NCBI GenBank assembly: GCA_044892525.1
Contig: CM097887.1
Coordinates: forward strand, 121,808,397-121,872,396
Origin: Schmidtea polychroa
Taxonomy: Eukaryota
Length of the DNA: 64,000 nucleotides
Direction of reading: 5' to 3'
Part shown: positions 12,837 to 25,960 of the stretch, one piece after another
Layout of the letters: each line of letters starts with the position of its first letter
Position numbering within the stretch: position 1 is the stretch's first letter
Position numbers and translations under genes: made by a program
The notes under the pieces: generated by a model
Database searches by the model: none
What the model was told of the DNA's origin: nothing
What the model saw: only the letters and a program-made list of their open reading frames with translations

Positions 12837-14263
12837 TTTTATCTAACTTTTAAAATCTTCATTCGGTATTTATAATCATTATTTTGAGTTCAACTGGCTG
12901 AAAAATGAAAAAATTTTAAAATAATATTTTTGAAAGCCACAGGTGTGAGACAGAAGTGTCGAAAAGATAAATATTTAAAGATCAACTATCCTGCTCGAAA
13001 TATTTACATATTAATCAATTTTATCAAAATTATTTTTCTTGATAAAATAACTCAAAATTTATACATTAAAAATAATAATAATAATAATAAAAATAATAAT
13101 ATTCACCTTTTTATTCACTAGCTTCTTTTGACCAACTCTTTTCTTTTATATTTGATTTAATTCTATTTTCTTTTCGTAAGTATCTCCTAATTCTATATTT
13201 TCGTTTTCCCTAAACGTCCTATTCTGTCTTTTCCTTTTTCCTACTTTCGATTTCTTCGAATTACTAGCTGAGGCTAAAAGCCGGTTTGCTTTGATTTTCC
13301 CATTCCTTATATACTCTTCGAAATCGGAATGACAAATGGTTAAATCTAAAACGATTGGATCGCAGGTAAAAGCCAAAGGCAGTGGTACCATCAAGAAATT
13401 AATACAGGGCTTTACATAATAGTGTTAATCTGATGTGATGCAAAAAGAATTGGTGTTAGAGTACGTTCTTGTAAGCTAGGATGAACGCGTTGAATAGAAA
13501 TGGTGGATAGTGTAGTGGTTGAAGAGGTTAGGACTAGACCGTAATTCACAAATAGGGTGGTAATTGAATCTTTTCTTTCATAACTTTGTCGTGATTTATT
13601 TCCACGTACCCAGGGGTAGTCTAGCTAAATTTTCTTTTATAAGCATTGAGTTTGGTTGAAATTCTGAAAACGGACAAGAAAGCCGACCAGCATGCTGACG
13701 AAAAATTACAATTCCGGGTCAACAAACTCAAGGCTCGGTGTCGGGAAATGAAGTGCACCTGGTTCCACCCAAAAGACATGAGAAAACACATGCGCCAGAT
13801 TCAAAAATTTGCAGACGCATAGCGCCAAAAATCACACAGAATTGAGGGTATTATGAATTCAAATGCGACGGTAGGAGAACCATCCAGATATTTCTTCTCT
13901 TAAAAACCAAAAATGTTCTAAATATTTTTATGCAATTGATAAGTTTAGTAAAATAATTTTAAATAAATGCTATTAATACTTAATATATCTCCTTCTTCTC
14001 ATCAGAAATATTTCAATAACAGTTCTCAAAAGTATTTTTCCTTTTCATTTTGTAATTATACCTCCCGTAGTGTCATAATACATATTGCAAATTTTACCAC
14101 GTATATTTTTGCTCATCTTGTTTGTTAGTATAAATACTCATATTCACTACATCATTCGACATATCAGTCAATTTACATTCATTCATACTACAATCCTTAG
14201 CATTATTCATACATTTATCAACAGCCTCTTTCAACGTTAACAATAAAAACCGTTTTGAATAGC

Positions 14264-16064
14264 TGAAAGGGTAGAATTCACGTTTAAGTTAAAACGGAAC
14301 ATTGCTAATAAACATTTAAATTGTATATATCAGATTGCTTAAATTTTTATATAAATATTCAATTTAATTAATTAAAGTAAGTGAATATGAAGAATATGAA
14401 GTCGACATTAATAACCGCACCGATTTTGGTATTTCCGGATTTTAAGAAAGAATTCATACTGGATACGGACGCAAGTTTCGATACAATCGGCGCAGTCTTA
14501 TCACAGGAGGATGACATGGGATATGAGCAAGTTATCGCATATGATTCACATGCGATGAATGACCACGAAAGAGGCTATTGTATTACAAGAAAAGAACTCC
14601 TGGCTATATATTATTTTTGTAGGCATTTCAATCACTATTTATATGGGAAAAGATTTATACTACGTACAGATCATAAAGCAATAACATTTATGCTAACGAA
14701 AAAGCCAATTACAGCTCAATTCCAGACCTGGATAAACTATTTAAGTAGCCTTGATATAAAAATAGAATTTAGAAAGGGTACACTACATACGAAAGCAGAC
14801 ATGTTATCGAGGAAAACGTGTGGCACATGTGTACAATGCCTTATGGAGCACGATAATCCTAAAATGGGAAGAATGAAAACCAGGTTGTTATATATAATGA
14901 CTGAAGACAAAGGAGAGGAATGGCAAATGAATAGTGATGAAATAGAGGAGATTAAAAATAAAATAAGAACGCAAACAAGTGGAAGGTTTATAATAGAGGA
15001 TAACATTATTTATACCAAAGATAAAAGAATATGGATACCAGAGAGCAAAAGAAGAGAAATGATTAACAAAACAAATCTATTATTGTGACATGCTAGAGTT
15101 GACAAAGTTATCAAATACATACAAAACAATTTTGATATGAGAGATCTAATAAAGGAAGAAAAAACGACAATATGAAATTGCGAATCGTTCCAAAAAGTTA
15201 AAGTTGTAACTACAAAGATGAAAGAGAAACCAAAAGTACTTGAAGCATCCGAACCTTTTGAGAAAATATATATGGATATCTGTGGCCCAATGAAAGAAAC
15301 ATTTAACAGGAAAAGATACATTTGCGCAATAATCGACCATTACAGCAAATACATCTCGTTAACAGCAATCAATAAACAGGATGAAGAGACAGTTGGAAAG
15401 ATATTTTTAAACAACTGGATTCAAAAATTTGAAGCACCAAAAGAACTACATGTAGATTGCGGGAAAACATTCGAAGCTAATAGCATAAAGAATATAAGCA
15501 AAAATGCAGGGTTCGAGATAGTGTATTCGAGCCCATATCATCATAATACGAATGGTATAATCGAAAGACAATTCCGGACAATAAGAGATTTTATTAATGC
15601 ATCGCTGAAAGACGGAAATACAAAAGACTGGGCAGACCTTATCCCATAATATACACTCAACGCGACAATCCAAAACAAAACAGGAGTAAGTCCAGCTGAA
15701 ATTATTTTTGGTAGGAAAATTGATAGATCGAAATGGTAAAATGATAGTAGAATCAACAGGAACGATATCGCATTGAAAATTGAATGTAAAAGACGAAATG
15801 ATGAAACAACAACTGCAAGGAGGTTGGATGTTGGAGACAAAGTGTTAATCAAACGAGAAATACGAAATAAGGATCAAGATAGATATGAAGGACCATACAT
15901 GGTAACAAAACGAATACACGATCGTAGTTATATGCTGAGAGATAAAAGTGGGAAATCTTTAATCAGGAATATTGAAAAGATTAAAGAATTTTCAAAGAAG
16001 GGGGATGAAAGAATAGAATTCACGTTTAAGTTAAAACGGAACATTGCTAATAAACATTTAAATT
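14264..16064 (+). mobile_element. Deleted gypsy element, unit copy
   Basis: 7055-8855 shifted by +7209. Confidence 0.88.
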
Positions 16065-16070
16065 TATTAT

Positions 16071-16754
16071 TATTCATCTTTACGCTTAATTAATAAGTCA
16101 AGAAATGCTATGGATGAATCCTTCCCAGTTTCACATGTGAATATAATGTTCTTATGCAATCCATTCATGTAATGCAAAAACAGTTTCACGTTCCTTATTT
16201 TTAAATATCAAAAAAATATCATCAACATACCTTTTATACACAATTGGTTTTTCATATTGAAAAGAAGCAATTTTCTTTTCAAAATATGCCAAAAATATTG
16301 ACAATGCCATTGTTGGTGCTAAGGGCGAACCCATAGCCACTCATCAATTTGTTCATACCATTCATTACTAAGAAAATTAACTTTGGAAGTTGCAAACTCT
16401 AAAAGCTTCTAAATGCACTTCCATCACACATTTTATGCGCATCAATATTTATATTTCATAATTCACAACATAAATCGATTGTTTCTTTCAACGGGACATT
16501 AGTAAATAAACTACATACATCAAACTAAACCATATACTCATTAACATTATTTTTATTCAATTGTCCTATATTGTATAGGCTTTACATAATCTAAATTGAA
16601 AACTGTCCTTACATTCAAACTCAGATTTTATTAAGGGTTTTAATAATCCATCCAAATACTTCGCTATTTTATACTGAGCGGTTCCAACCATAGTTAAAAC
16701 AGGTCTCACGGGAACTCCGTCTTTATGAACTTTGGGAAGTCCGTATAATTTATA
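16071..16754 (-). mobile_element. Penelope-like RT relic, unit copy
   Basis: 8862-9545 shifted by +7209. Confidence 0.85.
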
Positions 16755-19041
16755 AGTTAGTCATCCGTCGTGAATGTAGGTATCCTGATGATGACAGTGA
16801 TGCTATCGAAATATATAGTGAAAAAGATGTATTAATGATAAATTCCAGTTTTAATGATTTTATTTGAGTGATTATTTAAGAAATTTGATTGTCTAAGGCA
16901 ATTAAATTCATTAGTAATATTTTAGAGTTAATGCCAGCTGGTTTTAAGAAATATTTAAATGAATTTCTATCATTTTTTGTGAATTTCTTTGTTGATTCAA
17001 AGAGTATTTTAAATAATGAGGTTTTAATGGTTATTCTAAGATAAATTTAATTAATTTCTTGATAATTTGTTCTTAAAGTTTTTAATTTGAGTTTTTACAA
17101 TAATCATGTGATTTATTTAATTTTGATGATAGTATGAACTTTGTAATGATATTAAATTTGACAAAATGATTTTTTCAATAATTATATTTTCCATGAACTT
17201 TTCAATTTCTCATTAGGCAGTTTACACATTAATGAACTATTAAATATTGAAAATTTTAAACTAAGAAACCAGTTAATTTTATCAAGGATAGATGATGGTA
17301 AAATATTTGAAATTTACATGAAAATTATTGTAGGATATACTGAAATTTCTGATTTGGTTTGAAAGATTTATAATTGCTAGAAAATTATTGAGGGAATCTG
17401 TGAAAATTATGATCAATCAATGAGAAAATATAATCTCTAGTTAGGTATTTGATGGTAAATTGTGTTAAAACTTTGTTGATTTGTAGAAAATATTGGTTTT
17501 AGTGAATTTGTTCTTTGAAAGTCTTATAATACGGATTTAGCTACTCAATTATTTCAATGGAAGACTGGTGGATGTCAGTAATGTGTAGTTAAAGAAAATT
17601 CATAATTTTTGATGAATTTTTAAAATTTTCAATCGGTTTTAAGAGGATTTAATCGACTGAATTGATATTTTAAAAAGGGATGTGGCAGGTGGGAGAAATC
17701 TTTACGGAAGTTTAGGAATATAGTTGGTTGGATATATATATTTAAAGGTGGTAGAATTATAATTATTTAGTGTGACTTTTAGATCTCTAGAAGACAGCGA
17801 TTTTATTAATATTTGAGATCTTTAGAGATAATTGGAATTGATATCAATTGATATATTAAATTATTTTACTTTTATTTAAAATGTAATAGACAAGTATTGA
17901 TTGTAAGGGTATCGATGACAAAATTTGTGAAATATTAACTTAAAAGAGTAATTTTGGGTGTCGTAACAACAAATGAAAGTTAATCTTTATTGAAAGAAAT
18001 TTCTGATTTTTCAAATGGCTTTTAATTATATTTCTGGAGATTGAATCAGCTGAATATCAGTTAAGAATAGAATATGGCCATTTGAAGGAATATAGAGATT
18101 TTATCGAATGGATAAATTTAATCTTTCGATGAATCAAGGTGGTTAATTGTGAATTATACAAAATCAATTGAATAAATTCTTTAATTGATTTTATTTTAAA
18201 TTTCAAGGAGTGACTTTCCGTAAGAACAAAGATTTAATTATTTTTAATTATAACTAATTTTATAAATTAATTCTATGAATTTATTAATTTACTTAATTTT
18301 GAATGTTTTATAATGAAATATTTGTGATATTTAGATAATAGGAATTAAGATCAAAATTAATGGGAGTAGAGTAGAGATAGTCATTTAAAGGGATTTTAAT
18401 GAATTATATTGGTTTGATATTAAAATGGGAATATATAATACTTTACGGATACTTATCGCTAAAATATCAATCTTTAAAGATGGATAGATATTTTATGGAA
18501 ATTTGATGATTTTTAGATGATTATAGAGAGTAATCAATCATGCGCTTGTATATAACAAATGGTAGAATGGTGTAATTTAGAGTAATTAATTTAGAAAACT
18601 TGTTCATTCAATGTTATCATTCGTGGGCTTATGTCAGTCCTTTTAAAAATTTAATGATAATTATTTAGATATTTCTAAGGTAAATTATTGACTTTGATAA
18701 TTGTAAATGAGTTTTTACTGAATTTCCTAAAATATTTAAGCAATCTGTAAATCAAATTGAGTATACATGTGATAAGCTTACTTATAAGTAATTTTTAAAT
18801 TAATTTATTCAATCTAAATAAATTATTTACTAGATTTTATTAGAAAAATCTAAAAATACATGATAGCTCGACGTGATCTCCAGGCGTACTAAGTTTTTAT
18901 GTAATGGTATATCATTGTGTAATATCTATTGAAATATAATAAAAAGGAGAAACTAATAATAATTGTTGAGTATATCATTAAAACAAATAATTTATTAAGA
19001 ATTTATTTCTTTGGCAACTTTTATAATACATCAAAACTATT

Positions 19042-20045
19042 TCACTTTTTTTCTATTACGAACACTATTACTTCTTCTTCTCCTTCTTCTTCTTCTAAAT
19101 AATAAATAAATGAGATATTAATTGCAAATAATATCTTACCTCCATAAACCTCAAGTTCTGCAAAATTTAGTATTTCATTTTTCGTTTGTCTTACACGAAT
19201 TTTATCAGCTAATTTTCTGTCACAATTGAGGTTATAAACCGGCTTGTTTTCCGTGATTATTCCACATTGTCCAGTAATCTCATCCTCTTTGTTAAGCAAT
19301 TCAATAACTGTTCCAACCATTCTTTGTGAACAACAATCTTTCCTGTTATGCAAAACTAAAGATTCAATATTGAATGTCCTTCCTAGGAATACTGTCCAAG
19401 ACGAGTTTAGTGCCTGAGTTGTGTGGCAAAAATTATCGAACTTCTCGTCATTACAAAATGCTGCTGGATATTGATTATGGCTTTGCTTATTTAAGATAGA
19501 ATTCTTTCCTTTGGCAATGTTGATCGTAGCTTTTGCTGCATTTTTATATGAAGCACCTTAAATGCAGTAAAGACCTTTTATAATTTTAAATATTTCTAAC
19601 CTTTTACTTCTAGTTCTCGAAAATTGAGATATTCGTTTCTGGTATGTCTAATTCGAATCATGTTTCCGATTTTATTTCCACATGAAAATACATACGAAGG
19701 TTTACTTTCAGTGATTTGTCCACATTGATGAATGAGTTTATTGGTCTTGGACAACAATTCTACTACTGCTCCAACAATCCTATCTTGACAACAATCAACT
19801 CTATTGTGTAGAACAACAGAATCGATGGTGTATGAACCCTCTAGATCAACCATCCAATATGGATTTCTTTCTGAATTTGTATGGCAGAAATTGGATAAAT
19901 TGCCATCAACACAGAAACTTGAAGGATATTTATTTCCATAATTGCTGCTTTGAGCTGTTGGTTTACCTTTAGAGATAATGTCTTGTGAACGTACGAATTC
20001 ACACAAAATCAACATAGACCATGACACAAGTATTAATTTAATCAT
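19042..20045 (-). CDS. Tandem F-type lectin, copy 3
   Basis: Exons 19601-20045, 19140-19556, 19042-19094; same motifs as copy 4. Confidence 0.88.
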
Positions 20046-20354
20046 TTTTATCTAACTTTTAAAATCTTCATTCGGTATTTATAATCATTATTTTGAGTTC
20101 AACTGGCTGAAAAATGAAAAAATTTTAAAATAATATTTTTGAAAGCCACAGGTGTGAGACAGAAGTGTCGAAAAGATAAATATTTAAAGATCAACTATCC
20201 TGCTCGAAATATTTACATATTAATCAATTTTATCAAAATTATTTTTCTTGATAAAATAACTCAAAATTTATACATTAAAAATAATAATAATAATAATAAA
20301 AATAATAATATTCACCTTTTTATTCACTAGCTTCTTTTGACCAACTCTTTTCTT

Positions 20355-20612
20355 TTATATTTGATTTAATTCTATTTTCTTTTCGTAAGTATCTCCTAAT
20401 TCTATATTTTCGTTTTCCCTAAACGTCCTATTCTGTCTTTTCCTTTTTCCTACTTTCGATTTCTTCGAATTACTAGCTGAGGCTAAAAGCCGGTTTGCTT
20501 TGATTTTCCCATTCCTTATATACTCTTCGAAATCGGAATGACAAATGGTTATTGTCGAGTCAATCTCTCTCTTGACATTCGACTCCACATATCTGTATCG
20601 GTTGTCACCCAT
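20355..20612 (-). other. Unidentified 85-aa basic ORF (repeat family 'A'); truncated at the A|B junction in the other units
   Basis: MGDNRYRYVESNVKREIDSTITICHSDFEEYIRNGKIK...KRKRQ; a diverged homolog at ~40830-41130 reads MDDSRSKHVGENVKRKIGSAITICHPDFKEYISKGKIR. Confidence 0.5.
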
Positions 20613-20881
20613 GTGAATATAATGTTCTTATGCAATCCATTCATATAATGCAAAAACGGTTTAACGTTCCTTATTTTTAAATATCAAAAAAATATCATCA
20701 ACATACCTTTTATACACAATTGGTTTTTCATATTGAAAAGAAGCAATTTTCTTTTCAAAATATGCCAAAAATATTGACATTATTGTTGGTGCTAAGGGCG
20801 AACGCATAGCCACTCCATCAATTTGTTCATACCATTCATTACTAAGAAAATTAACTTTGGAAGTTGCAAACTCTAAAAGCT
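20610..20881 (-). mobile_element. Diverged Penelope-like RT fragment in the palindrome centre
   Basis: Paralog of 8924-9198 with several substitutions and indels; keeps an open frame (QIDGVAMRSPLAPTIMSIF..YVDDIF) where the unit copy is frameshifted. Confidence 0.85.
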
Positions 20882-21242
20882 GCCTACAAAAATAATATAT
20901 AGCCAGGAGTTCTTTTCTTGTAATACAATAGCCTCTTTCGTGGTCATTCATCGCATGTGAATCATATGCGATAACTTGCTCATATCCCATGTCATCCTCC
21001 TGTGATAAGACTGCGCCGATTGTATCGAAACTTGCGTCCGTATCCAGTATGAATTCTTTCTTAAAATCCGGAAATACCAAAATCGGTGCGGTTATTAATG
21101 TCGACTTCATATTCTTCATATTCACTTACTTTAATTAATTAAATTGAATATTTATATAAAAATTTAAGCAATCTGATATATACAATTTAAATGTTTATTA
21201 GCAATGTTCCGTTTTAACTTAAACGTGAATTCTACCCTTTCA
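20881..21242 (-). mobile_element. Truncated copy of the deleted gypsy element at the inversion junction
   Basis: LTR remnant plus the RNase H N-half, broken after YYFCR. Confidence 0.85.
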
Positions 21243-22599
21243 GCTATTCAAAACGGTTTTTATTGTTAACGTTGAAAGAGGCTGTTGATAAATGTATGAA
21301 TAATGCTAAGGATTGTAGTATGAATGAATGTAAATTGACTGATATGTCGAATGATGTAGTGAATATGAGTATTTATACTAACAAACAAGATGAGCAAAAA
21401 TATACGTGGTAAAATTTGCAATATGTATTATGACACTACGGGAGGTATAATTACAAAATGAAAAGGAAAAATACTTTTGAGAACTGTTATTGAAATATTT
21501 CTGATGAGAAGAAGGAGATATATTAAGTATTAATAGCATTTATTTAAAATTATTTTACTAAACTTATCAATTGCATAAAAATATTTAGAACATTTTTGGT
21601 TTTTAAGAGAAGAAATATCTGGATGGTTCTCCTACCGTCGCATTTGAATTCATAATACCCTCAATTCTGTGTGATTTTTGGCGCTATGCGTCTGCAAATT
21701 TTTGAATCTGGCGCATGTGTTTTCTCATGTCTTCTGGGTGGAACCAGGTGCACTTCATTTCCCGACACCGAGCCTTGAGTTTGTTGACCCGGAATTGTAA
21801 TTTTTCGTCAGCATGCTGGTCGGCTTTCTTGTCCGTTTTCAGAATTTCAACCAAACTCAATGCTTATAAAAGAAAATTTAGCTAGACTACCCCTGGGTAC
21901 GTGGAAATAAATCACGACAAAGTTATGAAAGAAAAGATTCAATTACCACCCTATTTGTGAATTACGGTCTAGTCCTAACCTCTTCAACCACTACACTATC
22001 CACCATTTCTATTCAACGCGTTCATCCTAGCTTACAAGAACGTACTCTAACACCAATTCTTTTTGCATCACATCAGATTAACACTATTATGTAAAGCCCT
22101 GTATTAATTTCTTGATGGTACCACTGCCTTTGGCTTTTACCTGCGATCCAATCGTTTTAGATTTAACCATTTGTCATTCCGATTTCGAAGAGTATATAAG
22201 GAATGGGAAAATCAAAGCAAACCGGCTTTTAGCCTCAGCTAGTAATTCGAAGAAATCGAAAGTAGGAAAAAGGAAAAGACAGAATAGGACGTTTAGGGAA
22301 AACGAAAATATAGAATTAGGAGATACTTACGAAAAGAAAATAGAATTAAATCAAATATAAAAGAAAAGAGTTGGTCAAAAGAAGCTAGTGAATAAAAAGG
22401 TGAATATTATTATTTTTATTATTATTATTATTATTTTTAATGTATAAATTTTGAGTTATTTTATCAAGAAAAATAATTTTGATAAAATTGATTAATATGT
22501 AAATATTTCGAGCAGGATAGTTGATCTTTAAATATTTATCTTTTCGACACTTCTGTCTCACACCTGTGGCTTTCAAAAATATTATTTTAAAATTTTTTC

Positions 22600-22669
22600 A
22601 TTTTTCAGCCAGTTGAACTCAAAATAATGATTATAAATACCGAATGAAGATTTTAAAAGTTAGATAAAA
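22600..22669 (+). promoter_or_regulatory. Putative lectin core promoter (TATA-like)
   Basis: TATAAATA at 22632, 38 nt before the ATG; the ~65 bp before the ATG are retained unchanged in the otherwise diverged paralog at ~39720-39783. Confidence 0.35.
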
Positions 22670-23673
22670 ATGATTAAATTAATACTTGTGTCATGGTCTA
22701 TGTTGATTTTGTGTGAATTCGTACGTTCACAAGACATTATCTCTAAAGGTAAACCAACAGCTCAAAGCAGCAATTATGGAAATAAATATCCTTCAAGTTT
22801 CTGTGTTGATGGCAATTTATCCAATTTCTGCCATACAAATTCAGAAAGAAATCCATATTGGATGGTTGATCTAGAGGGTTCATACACCATCGATTCTGTT
22901 GTTCTACACAATAGAGTTGATTGTTGTCAAGATAGGATTGTTGGAGCAGTAGTAGAATTGTTGTCCAAGACCAATAAACTCATTCATCAATGTGGACAAA
23001 TCACTGAAAGTAAACCTTCGTATGTATTTTCATGTGGAAATAAAATCGGAAACATGATTCGAATTAGACATACCAGAAACGAATATCTCAATTTTCGAGA
23101 ACTAGAAGTAAAAGGTTAGAAATATTTAAAATTATAAAAGGTCTTTACTGCATTTAAGGTGCTTCATATAAAAATGCAGCAAAAGCTACGATCAACATTG
23201 CCAAAGGAAAGAATTCTATCTTAAATAAGCAAAGCCATAATCAATATCCAGCAGCATTTTGTAATGACGAGAAGTTCGATAATTTTTGCCACACAACTCA
23301 GGCACTAAACTCGTCTTGGACAGTATTCCTAGGAAGGACATTCAATATTGAATCTTTAGTTTTGCATAACAGGAAAGATTGTTGTTCACAAAGAATGGTT
23401 GGAACAGTTATTGAATTGCTTAACAAAGAGGATGAGATTACTGGACAATGTGGAATAATCACGGAAAACAAGCCGGTTTATAACCTCAATTGTGACAGAA
23501 AATTAGCTGATAAAATTCGTGTAAGACAAACGAAAAATGAAATACTAAATTTTGCAGAACTTGAGGTTTATGGAGGTAAGATATTATTTGCAATTAATAT
23601 CTCATTTATTTATTATTTAGAAGAAGAAGAAGGAGAAGAAGAAGTAATAGTGTTCGTAATAGAAAAAAAGTGA
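22670..23673 (+). CDS. Tandem F-type lectin, copy 4
   Basis: Exons 22670-23114, 23159-23575, 23621-23673 total 915 nt with no internal stop. Domain 1: FCVDGN..FCHT..HNRVDCCQDR..ELEV. Domain 2: FCNDEK..FCHT..HNRKDCCSQR..ELEV. Tail EEEEGEEEVIVFVIEKK*. Confidence 0.9.
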
Positions 23674-23805
23674 AATAGTTTTGATGTATTATAAAAGTTG
23701 CCAAAGAAATAAATTCTTAATAAATTATTTGTTTTAATGATATACTCAACAATTATTATTAGTTTCTCCTTTTTATTATATTTCAATAGATATTACACAA
23801 TGATA

Positions 23806-25906
23806 TACCATTACATAAAAACTTAGTACGCCTGGAGATCACGTCGAGCTATCATGTATTTTTAGATTTTTCTAATAAAATCTAGTAAATAATTTATTTA
23901 GATTGAATAAATTAATTTAAAAATTACTTATAAGTAAGCTTATCACATGTATACTCAATTTGATTTACAGATTGCTTAAATATTTTAGGAAATTCAGTAA
24001 AAACTCATTTACAATTATCAAAGTCAATAATTTACCTTAGAAATATCTAAATAATTATCATTAAATTTTTAAAAGGACTGACATAAGCCCACGAATGATA
24101 ACATTGAATGAACAAGTTTTCTAAATTAATTACTCTAAATTACACCATTCTACCATTTGTTATATACAAGCGCATGATTGATTACTCTCTATAATCATCT
24201 AAAAATCATCAAATTTCCATAAAATATCTATCCATCTTTAAAGATTGATATTTTAGCGATAAGTATCCGTAAAGTATTATATATTCCCATTTTAATATCA
24301 AACCAATATAATTCATTAAAATCCCTTTAAATGACTATCTCTACTCTACTCCCATTAATTTTGATCTTAATTCCTATTATCTAAATATCACAAATATTTC
24401 ATTATAAAACATTCAAAATTAAGTAAATTAATAAATTCATAGAATTAATTTATAAAATTAGTTATAATTAAAAATAATTAAATCTTTGTTCTTACGGAAA
24501 GTCACTCCTTGAAATTTAAAATAAAATCAATTAAAGAATTTATTCAATTGATTTTGTATAATTCACAATTAACCACCTTGATTCATCGAAAGATTAAATT
24601 TATCCATTCGATAAAATCTCTATATTCCTTCAAATGGCCATATTCTATTCTTAACTGATATTCAGCTGATTCAATCTCCAGAAATATAATTAAAAGCCAT
24701 TTGAAAAATCAGAAATTTCTTTCAATAAAGATTAACTTTCATTTGTTGTTACGACACCCAAAATTACTCTTTTAAGTTAATATTTCACAAATTTTGTCAT
24801 CGATACCCTTACAATCAATACTTGTCTATTACATTTTAAATAAAAGTAAAATAATTTAATATATCAATTGATATCAATTCCAATTATCTCTAAAGATCTC
24901 AAATATTAATAAAATCGCTGTCTTCTAGAGATCTAAAAGTCACACTAAATAATTATAATTCTACCACCTTTAAATATATATATCCAACCAACTATATTCC
25001 TAAACTTCCGTAAAGATTTCTCCCACCTGCCACATCCCTTTTTAAAATATCAATTCAGTCGATTAAATCCTCTTAAAACCGATTGAAAATTTTAAAAATT
25101 CATCAAAAATTATGAATTTTCTTTAACTACACATTACTGACATCCACCAGTCTTCCATTGAAATAATTGAGTAGCTAAATCCGTATTATAAGACTTTCAA
25201 AGAACAAATTCACTAAAACCAATATTTTCTACAAATCAACAAAGTTTTAACACAATTTACCATCAAATACCTAACTAGAGATTATATTTTCTCATTGATT
25301 GATCATAATTTTCACAGATTCCCTCAATAATTTTCTAGCAATTATAAATCTTTCAAACCAAATCAGAAATTTCAGTATATCCTACAATAATTTTCATGTA
25401 AATTTCAAATATTTTACCATCATCTATCCTTGATAAAATTAACTGGTTTCTTAGTTTAAAATTTTCAATATTTAATAGTTCATTAATGTGTAAACTGCCT
25501 AATGAGAAATTGAAAAGTTCATGGAAAATATAATTATTGAAAAAATCATTTTGTCAAATTTAATATCATTACAAAGTTCATACTATCATCAAAATTAAAT
25601 AAATCACATGATTATTGTAAAAACTCAAATTAAAAACTTTAAGAGCAAATTATCAAGAAATTAATTAAATTTATCTTAGAATAACCATTAAAACCTCATT
25701 ATTTAAAATACTCTTTGAATCAACAAAGAAATTCACAAAAAATGATAGAAATTCATTTAAATATTTCTTAAAACCAGCTGGCATTAACTCTAAAATATTA
25801 CTAATGAATTTAATTGCCTTAGACAATCAAATTTCTTAAATAATCACTCAAATAAAATCATTAAAACTGGAATTTATCATTAATACATCTTTTTCACTAT
25901 ATATTT
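23806..25906 (+). pseudogene. Possible decayed leucine-rich-repeat gene (also 31015-33115 +; 9600-11700 and 16809-18909 -; partial at 4076-4490)
   Basis: Stop-riddled frames contain LRR-like segments: VFLDFSNKI (23856), IRIIRLSKNKFTK (25179), IINLSNQIRNFSISYNNF (25341). Pattern recognition only, in very AT-rich DNA. Confidence 0.35.
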
Positions 25907-25960
25907 CGATAGCATCACTGTCATCATCAGGATACCTACATTCACGACGGATGACTAACT

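Larger units (their letters stand above)
4076..20551. repeat. Head-to-tail array of a 7,209-bp unit (~2.3 copies)
   Basis: Every ORF recurs at +7209 (5178/12387/19596; 7172/14381); sequence differs only at a few SNPs and microsatellite lengths. Confidence 0.97.

Noticed and set aside
23576-25906. Lectin-LRR fusion gene
   Set aside because: The lectin ends at a stop (23671-23673) whether or not intron 2 is spliced, and the downstream frames are full of stops.
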